A stretch of 9,013 nt of DNA from Histomonas meleagridis 2922-C6/04-290x (lineage: Eukaryota; Protista; Parabasalia), in the NCBI GenBank assembly GCA_020184695.1, contig JAANOX010000038.1:1-9013 (forward strand), written 5' to 3'. Shown piece by piece: positions 1 through 7,925 of the stretch (the first letter of the stretch is position 1; every line of letters begins with the position of its first letter). The position numbers and the translations under genes are program-made. The notes beneath the pieces are model-generated. The model saw only the letters and a list, made by a program, of their open reading frames with translations, had not been told where the DNA came from and did no database searches.

Positions 1-275
1 CATCATTTAGTCAAATCCAAAGCTGAAGTTACTAATCATGATGTTGAACTTGAAAAATCATACAATTAAATCCACAGCTAAAGTTGTTAATCATGATGTT
101 GAAGTAAATCATCATTTAGTCAAATCAATGCTGAAAATTGTTAATCATGATGTTGAAGTTAATCACCATTTAATGAAATCCACAGCTGAAGTTACTAATC
201 ATGATGTTGAAGTCGAAAACCACACTATTAAATCCAAAGCTGAAGTTGTTAGTCATAATGTTGTAGTAAATAAAG
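1..275 (+). repeat. Coding tandem repeat, 54-bp unit (18 aa, KS(T/K)AEV(T/V)NHDVEV(E/N)(N/H)H(T/L)(I/V)), about 5 copies, continuing off the window edge
   Basis: Anchor AATCATGATGTTGAA or a variant recurs at 34, 89, 143, 197 and 251 (spacing 55, 54, 54, 54; the extra base is the A at 53-57). Confidence 0.93.
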
Positions 276-766
276 AAAGAATCGATACCGAAGCAAACGT
301 TCAAGAACTTAGAATCAGGATACACAAAGATGTTCAAACATATGATGTTAAAATTCCTGAAGTTAAAATAAACTATAAAAGCGTCCCTAAACAATTAACT
401 ATTTCTGAAGCTCTTGCTAGAAAATTTAATACTAAAACAACATCAAGTTCGGAAACAAATGATACATATACTTCAGATGATGAATCAGATTCATCTGATT
501 CGTCGGATGAATCAAATACAAACAATAACGATAATTCGGACTCAGATCCTTTTGACGATGAAGAAACAAATGAGATAAATTATGATGAACTAATTGAAGA
601 TGTTAAAAAGATCGAAACGAAACAAGATGTAATAGATCTTATAAATAAATGGAAAAACACAGCTAATGCACCAGGTTGGAAACACGAAGGAACTCACATT
701 TCACAACATCCATTGTTACATATTATGTTACGAGAAAATAAGTGGTGTTACCCAGGTCTTTATCCT

Positions 767-1223
767 TGTCAATGTAAATGCAATAAAGTTCTCCCTTCAG
801 GGAGTGCACTTAGAGCTCATATGGATAAAGAACATGTATGTATAACAGATAAGAATCATATATATGGTTGTATTAAAAATTGTTACAGATCAAAGACATA
901 TATTTTGAAATTAATGAAAATGAAAATAATACGAAATATTATACAAATAATATTATTGTTTGTCCTTGCCCGGGATGTAAATATTTCACCGACGCCTATA
1001 AATCTCTTCTGTCTCACACACGGCATCCCATAAGGAATTCGATAATAATAAAGAAGAATTAGGATGGTATTGGACAATGATAATAACATATGCGAAAACT
1101 AGAAACATCTTACCTAATGCTTTAAACATATTACAAGATAAAAAAGGATTCATTTGTAAAATATGTAATATACATTGGGGTTCAAATAATATTGGTATAG
1201 TTAATCATATTAAAAAGCAACAT
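767..1223 (+). other. Three C2H2 zinc-finger coding segments (N-terminal DNA-binding region of the retroelement)
   Basis: ZF1 767-835 CQCKCNKVLPSGSALRAHMDKEH (C-x3-C-x12-H-x4-H); ZF2 967-1031 CPGCKYFTDAYKSLLSHT(R)ASH after repairing a 1-nt deletion at ~1022; ZF3 1155-1223 CKICNIHWGSNNIGIVNHIKKQH. Confidence 0.8.
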
Positions 1224-2615
1224 CCAAATTTTGATTATGAAGGTGGAGACATTAGATATAGAAGAATTAATTGTAAATCAATCATAAAATTTGGATATCA
1301 ATAAAGATGTACAAGAAAGAATTGATGAAGACATAAATAAAATGAATGAACAAGTTGATAGATATAGGATAGCAACAGAAAGAGAAAGATCAAATGTTAA
1401 AGAAGAACCATTAATTATAAATGTTAGACAACGATTAAATGCTAATAGAAGAAGAATCAGGGAAAACAACTTAAGAGTTAATAGATTAAGAGATCAACAA
1501 CTTAACCAACAAAAATACTAATGAGACAATTAACACAAACATAAATAGTCCACAAACTTCTGAACATGAGGATAATTATAATAGTTCAGAATATAGTTAT
1601 TCTGAAGAAGAATCATCAAGTGACAATAAAGAAGAAACTAATAATACGAATTTAAATATAAATTACCTTAAAAAAATCTTACAAGAGAACAATTATTAGA
1701 AGTAGCAAATAAATGGACTGAAGAATGTAATGAACAAGAACTTCAAATGATCTCATTACCAAAAATTCGGGGAAAGAATAAAACAAAGATCATCAGAGAA
1801 ATCCCCAAACTATTCAAATATATAATAAAACATTTAATTAAAATATGTGAACCATTAAATGATAGACCAGAAGACGAAAACTTTTATATTTGGGAAGGTT
1901 GTTTATCTAAAATCAATCTATTAAATAGAGAAGAAATTTGTAATACTTTAAAAATTACTGGAAATAAAATGTTACATAAAACACAAGGGATAGTTAGAAG
2001 TAACAGAAATAGAGAAATTAATATGGAAATGGAAACAGAAATCAAAAAAATATTTATAAATTTAGCACTATCATTAGAAGAATTCATCACTTCTATCATA
2101 AACAGCAAACACAAATGATATTTAATATGATTAATAGGTTAAAAGATAAACTCATCAAACTTCTACCAAACATCAAAGATGAATTTAGAAATTGCATTGA
2201 AATAAATTTACCCAATGACATTGATAATCTAATGAATATGACAACAGATTATTTAGAAGGTAAACTACAATATATAGAAGCAAGAATTAATACGTTACAA
2301 ACGAATCTAGGAGCTAGAAGAAAAGAGAATTACAAAGATTTAATACAAAACATGTATAGAGAAGATCCTAGAAGATGTCTTAGATGGTATGTTATTCCCA
2401 ATACTACACCAGAATGTAAACTAGAACCAGATAAATTTGTTGAAACATATGGAAGAACATGGAGCCAAGAAAAACTAATAGAAAACAATGAAGAACTTAT
2501 GTCAGATAAAATTATTGAGGCGGAAGATAAACGACAAAGTTATTTAAGAAATAGTTGATATGTTAAAGACTAAACCAGGTTTGAGACCTACTATTTACAT
2601 TGATAATTCAATTAA

Positions 2616-2915
2616 AAAAAAAATAACATCCCAATTCAAAGTGAATTCAGTAATTTACGACATGATATTTGGTTCATTAAAAATAATCAATATTATATTA
2701 TAGAAGTTACTATTCCTTATGGGAACTTTAATGAGAATGATGTTAATTCTCTTGAAATTAGATATACAGGAAAAGTTGATAAATATAAAGATTTATGTAA
2801 TGATATTAGGAATCAAACAAATAAAGAAGTGAACTTTTACGCAATCGTAATTTCTTCTTTAGGTGCTTGGTTTAAGAAATCTTTAGTACATTTAGATACT
2901 TTAGCAGGTTCTTAA
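2616..2915 (+). other. Restriction-like endonuclease (PD-(D/E)xK-type) domain coding segment
   Basis: R-H-D (2658-2666, usually R/K-P-D), 12 residues, E-V-T-I-P-Y (2703-2720), K-x2-K-Y (2772-2786), then I-V-I-S-S-L-G-A-W (2844-2870). Order and spacing match RLEs of R2/R4/NeSL elements. Confidence 0.87.
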
Positions 2916-3287
2916 AGTCTTTTTAAAAGATTTGCTAAAAGAATAACTTTATCCACACTTAGAGAATCTCAAAAGCTCATTACTAATGATTATAATAAAT
3001 TAACTCAAAATAATAGAGATAATAATGCTAACGAGAATAATGTTATACAAGAAGTAGTAAGAGTGCCTGATAATAACATCACACATTCAGATGAAGAAAT
3101 TGATTCATCTGTTCTATCTGATCATGTAGAGATTGACTCTAATCATTTTATCTTATCAGTTCCTTCATCTGATGTCGGACACATGAGCTCCGAAGAGTCG
3201 AATGACTCAAGTCAGGTTACATTAAAGTAGTAATTGGCTTAACTTTGTTCTAGTCAACACATAATTATATAATGATTAATGAATAAA

Positions 3288-3301
3288 CCACACGGGAGGA
3301 G
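3288..3301 (+). pseudogene. 3' fragment (positions 60-73) of a tRNA-Asn gene interrupted by the retrotransposon
   Basis: CCACACGGGAGGAGAT (3288-3303) is identical over 16 nt to 8998-9013, including 2 nt of 3' trailer, and is followed by T runs. Confidence 0.9.
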
Positions 3302-3302
3302 A

Positions 3303-3315
3303 TTTTTCTTTTTTT
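3303..3315 (+). terminator. RNA polymerase III T-run terminator of the interrupted tRNA gene
   Basis: TTTTTCTTTTTTT starting 2 nt after the discriminator base. Confidence 0.7.
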
Positions 3316-3559
3316 CTCATAAAATAAATAACAATTCTTATATTCCCTTATATTTTCTAATATCAAAAGAATATGAATGAGAAATTTAAGAATAAATAAT
3401 TTCCATTATGTTAAAAAATATTAATTTACATAAGATAATGAAAAATTATTCATATTTTGTTAATTGATAAATATATATTATTTCATGAATACTGAGTAAA
3501 TTTCTCTTCTATATAAACAACATTAAATCAATTTTTTCAATAAATCCAATATTCATTCG

Positions 3560-3569
3560 ATAATTTTAG
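3560..3569 (+). repeat. 10-bp target-site duplication ATAATTTTAG, left copy
   Basis: Exact direct repeat of 8650-8659; both copies abut the TIR ends. Confidence 0.85.
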
Positions 3570-3599
3570 GGGAAATCGTATTCAGACGTCGTAACGGTC
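3570..3599 (+). repeat. Left TIR of the Mutator-like element
   Basis: 25/30 inverted match to the split right TIR. Confidence 0.85.
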
Positions 3600-3684
3600 G
3601 CTCGTTCTGAAAAAATTAATATTTATTTCATAGAAATTTTAAAAAAATTTTTTATTACTGTCATTTTACACCTGAAAAAATGAA

Positions 3685-5058
3685 ATGTCAAAATTAAATT
3701 GGAGAAAAAACCATAATGGGACAATCGAAATGCTAAGTATAAATTTAGATAAGAATATTGTCACAATTAAATTTAAATGATTTTTTTTTTCCAATCATTA
3801 TAATCAATGTTAATCAACAAAAATATCGAATTCAAAGTGATAATTATTATTTAAATTATTAAAATAATGATTCAAAATAAAAATTTATGTATTTAAGTTC
3901 AAAATATAAATTAAATCATCTCATTGATTTCATAAGTGCTATTTTCTCATAAAAGAAATACGTTTAATATTTACATTTTTTAAATGCAAAGAAATTCTTA
4001 ATTAAAAAATTCGGATTCATTAACTTCTCGTTACTAAATGCAATGGTTGATGTTAAAATACCAAAAAATTATATTTTGAATATAACAAAAACACAGAGTT
4101 CCACGTTGCAAACAGATCTGACTGTATCAAATTATCATAATGGACATCCTTTCGAAGAAAGACTAAAATTTGAGTTAGAGAGCATTAATTTAGGTCAAAG
4201 TTGTTAGAGTCAACAACATAAAACACCGAATAATTTCATAGAATTTTTAATTAATATAATTGGAACTAAAATTGATAATGATCATCATTTAGTTCGTTAT
4301 ATTAGTAATAAATCTTAATCCATAAGCAACAGACTCTTGAAAAAACATTAAGTCTCTTTATATTTCAAGGGTAATTATTAATGAAAAAGCATATAAATTT
4401 AAAGTACAATCAATTAGATGTATATTCATATAATGGTAAAAAGCTTGGACAATATGCTATTATTGAATTTAATAAAAGATATCAATTATGTTTGACTGAA
4501 AGTGCAAAGCTATTAAATCAAGATCAAAATAGCGTTAGAGAAACATTAAAATTTATTTTTAAAAATAATTGTAATTGTAATAATGAAGATTTATAATGTA
4601 TACATGAAATTTATGAAAGATTAAAAAACCAAAAAAAGGGAGATACTATTTTGAAAGATATAGATATTTATGCTAAATATTTTTATCATGACTTAAAAAT
4701 TGAAAATCCAAATTAAATTGTAATAGTAGAAACAGATGAGAGAGAATACTGAAGTTACAACTCAACAATGGATAAATTAAAACCATATGTTGTTGATCTT
4801 GCACAACGTAATGAACCAGTTCGTTAACTGTTTCGTAATTTTTTTCATGAAGCAGAAAATTTTAAAAAAACCATCGACCCTAATGCCAATGGTATAATTG
4901 TAACTGCAGGATCTCAACCCACTGTCCCATCTGCTACAGTAGACAAGTATTTACCGAAGAAAAAGCGCAGTGCGCACTGCAGTTTCTGCCATAGATTAGG
5001 GCATAATGTAAGTACATGCCCATTCAGAAAAAAAAAAATAATCAGTAAATGCCAATAA
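3685..5058 (+). pseudogene. Decayed ORF (~457 codons) with a SWIM zinc finger and C-terminal CCHC knuckle; MULE transposase-like or cargo protein
   Basis: ATG 3685 (MSKLNWRKNHNG…), shifts at ~3778 and ~4311, then one frame through 5058 with internal stops. SWIM C-x-C-x6-C-x-H at 4570-4605 (CNCNNEDL*CIH); CCHC at 4978-5019 (CSFCHRLGHNVSTC). Weak ES-x-N motif at 4178-4189. Track ORF 4381-4596 is a fragment. Confidence 0.72.
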
Positions 5059-5172
5059 TTTCGATTGTTATATGATTTTTTTTTGATAGAAATTATTAAG
5101 ATTTGTAGATATAATTTGCTTTAACAGATATAATTTGGTTTCATAATTAGGTGTACTATAAGAACAAATTAA

Positions 5173-5317
5173 GATTAAATAAATTGTATTAAATGAAAAA
5201 ATGAGGATTAAATGACTAAATAAGATGTACTAAATGAATAAATGATGATCAAATGACTAAATAAAATGTACTAAATGAAAAAATGATGATCAAATGACTA
5301 AATAGAATGTACCAAAT
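5173..5317. repeat. Minisatellite, 41-bp unit, ~3.5 copies (AAATGACTAAATAAGATGTACTAAATGAATAAATGATGATC)
   Basis: AAATGACTAAATA recurs at 5210, 5251 and 5292, with a diverged upstream copy from ~5173. Confidence 0.9.
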
Positions 5318-5596
5318 TAAATGATTAAAATTGAATAACTATATTGATGGAAAATTGGTGTATTTGTATGCTTGTGTGTTTGTTGTGGCCATCATGGTTT
5401 GAAAACATTTGAACGGTTCATAATATCAAAAACTTTGCTTTTTGACGAGCAGGCGACCGTTAAACGATATCTTTTTTTTATGTTTCTAAAGTTCCATCGT
5501 AGATCAGGTTTTAATTAGCGGTCGATGATATGACCAAAAAAAATACGCGGGGTTTTTTTGGTAAATGATTTGACGCGGAAAATAACCGTTCCCCGA

Positions 5597-5617
5597 GAAC
5601 GTTACGACATCTAAATA
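5597..5617 (-). repeat. Inner part of the right TIR of the Mutator-like element, ending in the TA used by the nested element
   Basis: Reverse complement TATTTAGATGTCGTAACGTTC matches 3579-3599 at 18/21. Confidence 0.85.
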
Positions 5618-5896
5618 CCCTGAAAAATATTAAGAATTTCAAGTTTGTGCTATTTGAATAGCCATTCAATTTTCAATGGAAAATGGTGACGTTTTGATCC
5701 CTCATATTTTTGAATGAAAAAATATTTTAAATTTTAAGAATTGAATGGAGTTCAATGTCAAAATTTTATTGACAAATTGACAATTTTGTAGTCAATTTGC
5801 CAGAAGAATTTTGAATTTCATCATCATTTATTGAAGTTCCGAGCGGTGACTGCAGCACCGTGAGCATCTTCAATGAATGAATAAAAAAAGATGATC

Positions 5897-6145
5897 AAGA
5901 AGAAGAAGAAAAAGAAGGAAGGAAAAGTCGGAAGATGAAGAAAAAGAAAGAAGAAAACAAGAAGGAAAAGATGGGAAAGACAGAAGAAGAAGGAAAAGAA
6001 AGAAGAAAACAGATAGGAAAAGACAAAAGAAGAAGGAAAAGAAAAAAGAAAACAAGACGGTAAAAATGGAAGAAGAAGAAAAAAAAAAGAAAAAATGGAA
6101 CAAGAAAAAAAAAGAAAACAAGAAGAAAAAAAAAAAAAAGAAAAA
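5897..6145 (+). repeat. Purine-rich (GA/A) low-complexity tract with degenerate ~45-50-bp units
   Basis: About 16 pyrimidines in 249 nt by hand count; GAAGAAGGAAAAGAAAGAAGAAAAC-like unit near 5936, 5985 and 6029. Confidence 0.85.
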
Positions 6146-6316
6146 TAAATCAATAAAAGCCGAAAAATGGATTCCTTATTTCGATTAACAAATTTAGGTA
6201 AATTTTATGCGTAATTCAAATAAAAATCATTAAATTGATTAAATTTCTTATTTTTGGTTATTCGATTCAAATTAAAATTTAAATTTGTTATATATAAAAA
6301 AGTCGACTTGGAAATT

Positions 6317-7925
6317 ATGTCTTGGATCGAAGAACAAATTTGAATGATATGCAAAAAGAAGCAGGAAGACCCGAAAGCCAGTTGGGAAACAATTAAAAAT
6401 CGGCTAGAATGGTATTCACCAGTATTTAAGCATTTTGAATCAAAGATATAAATGCCTATCTATATGCTAATGCAAAACTGGTCCAAGAGCCGATTGATTT
6501 CTGGATACAAAATGAAGACATACATTATATTGATATGAATCGTTATTTTTATCGCCATAAAGGACCGAGACAATCAATTAAATATGACAAATGGACACCA
6601 GAAGAAGAAAAATTATTCATAAAATTAATTAACTAAGCTATCGAAGATAAAAGTTTGAGTGATGATGGATCATGGGGCATATTTTCTATTCGAGTTCCAT
6701 ACAGAGTTGGTGATCAATGTTATAACAAATACATTTAACTCTTTAGAAAGAATTTAGTACCAAAATTGTCAGAAAGAACAGATATAATGGTGTCGCATGA
6801 CTTCAGGCGTGCCTTTTCAAAGCACCAAGAATAAGTAATCTCAAAAGAAATACAAAAAAGAATCGAAAATGGTGAGGGTATTTCAATTAGAGAATGTCAA
6901 AAAATCTACACGATTGCTATTATGATTCACATGTAATGGCAAAAAGGGCTGCTGAACTTATAGCTATATAAGATGGAATTCAAATGTATAACAATGATGG
7001 ACATAAAACCAATGAATTTTTGGATTTATATAATTATACTTTTGATCTCGCTAATAATGAGCCACAACTCTTATTGGAAGAGGCAGATATGCCAAATTTT
7101 ATTTGATGCATCAAGGCACTTTGTAGAAGAATTTATTAGAAGAAACAATTTCTCCTTGAGGAAACCACATGTTTCTCGGAGAGGACAATTAAAGGTAGAA
7201 GAAGTTGATCATTTTCTGAAGACGCTTAGTGATGCAATACAACAATATGGTTCAGATAATGTATTCAACATGGATGAAACATCAGTTAGGATTGCATATT
7301 ATCCTGACAAAGTCATTGGAGTTGTTGATTCTGATTCAGTACATGTTGATACAAATATAAATTTAAAAGAATATTTCGCTGCTATCATGACATGTACGAG
7401 AAACAAGCTATATCCACCGATAATACTTGCAAAAGGCAAGACAGAGAAATGCACTAAGAAGTTTAAGCTCAAAGAAAATAACATCATTGAACACTATGTT
7501 TGGCGTTCTGATTATGGACTGATGAAAATGTTGTGAAGAGATATCTTTCCTTTCTCCATGAAATTCATCCTGAACCTTGTGTTCTTGTTCTAGATTCATT
7601 TAGAGCACATATCACAGGAAACGTACTCCAAATTGCTCGGGATTTGGGAATCACTATTATCCAAGTTCCAGCAAATGGAACAGGAAAATATCAACCCCTC
7701 GATAGGCGAATATTTGGGATCGTAAAATCAAGGTTAAGAAATAATCTTGGGAAAAGAAATAATGAATGTGCGAAAAATAGGTGGTCTGTAGCATTAAAAT
7801 GTCTACTCATTGCATGGAATTCAATTACCAAAGAAGCGCTTGAATCTGCATGGTCAATTCCTGGTTTACTCGAAGAGAATCCTTTTGTTCCACGTGATGA
7901 TAACGAATTTGAGTATCTGATATAA
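6317..7925 (+). pseudogene. pogo-like transposase pseudogene: Myb/SANT domain + Tc5/CENP-B-type HTH + DDE_1-type catalytic domain (DD35D)
   Basis: ATG 6317. Myb 6592-6745 (WTPEEEKLF…WGIFSIRVPYRVGDQCYNKY). HTH-end motif FDASRHFVEEFIRRNNFSLRKP (~7100-7176). Catalytic D at 7273 (NVFNMDET), 7593 (VLVLDSFRAH) and 7701 (YQPLD), 35 residues between D2 and D3. Stops at 6341, 6634, 6736, 6832 and ~6970; shifts at ~6445, ~6905, ~7100 and ~7517. Confidence 0.9.

Larger units (their letters stand above)
1..3230 (+). pseudogene. Disrupted single-ORF retrotransposon polyprotein; track ORFs 38-1033, 880-1062, 1077-1304, 1291-1521, 1747-2118 and 2115-2558 are fragments of it
   Basis: Frame 1 is open from base 1 (HHLVKSKAEVTNHDVELE) and shifts at the A5 run 53-57. 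Further shifts at ~890, ~1022, ~1248, ~1513, ~1688, ~2114, ~2530 and A10 2614-2623. In-frame TAA at 1285, 2545 and 2913. Met-less open stretches 2616-2915 and 2916-3230 carry the RLE and an acidic Ser-rich tail. Confidence 0.82.
1..3287 (+). mobile_element. RLE-clade (R2/NeSL/Utopia-like) non-LTR retrotransposon, RT-deleted and decayed; 5' end lies outside the window
   Basis: Joined frames give ZF-ZF-ZF, then a pre-RT motif (MYREDPRRCLRWYVIPNTTPECKLEPDKFVETYGRTW), then an RLE (LRHDIWFIKNNQYYIIEVTIPYG…KVDKYKDL…AIVISSLGAW), stop at 3228-3230, a ~57-nt 3' UTR ending AATAAA (3282-3287), then tRNA 3' sequence. No TIR or LTR. Confidence 0.88.

Noticed and set aside
38-1033. Track ORF 38-1033 as an intact 331-aa gene
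   Set aside because: The Met at 38 is out of frame with the repeat upstream of the 53-57 shift, and the tail after ~890 is off-frame relative to zinc finger 2; it is a fragment.
1711-1800. KWTEE in the retroelement as the start of an R2-type Myb domain
   Set aside because: Only the first Trp motif is present; the later conserved aromatic and R-x3-QC positions are absent.
170-2114. Minus-strand ORFs 170-394, 883-1089, 1278-1469 and 1884-2114
   Set aside because: Antisense shadows of the retroelement polyprotein, with no motifs.
3661-3667. TCATTTT initiator-like motif 18 nt before ATG 3685, and TATATAAAA at 6291-6299 before ATG 6317
   Set aside because: Short AT-rich motifs are expected by chance here and the host is unknown, so neither can be called a promoter.
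1-5317. 54-bp and 41-bp repeats as CRISPR arrays
   Set aside because: Units are contiguous with no unique spacers, there are no cas genes, and the context is eukaryotic.
5533-5562. Hairpin ACCAAAAAAA…TTTTTTTGGT resembling a terminator
   Set aside because: The stem is mostly A/T homopolymer and the context is eukaryotic; no support for function.
5824-6153. Minus-strand Phe/Ser/Leu-rich ORFs (5824-6153, 5870-6121)
   Set aside because: They are the complement of the polypurine tract, which lacks stops on that strand; no protein-like features.
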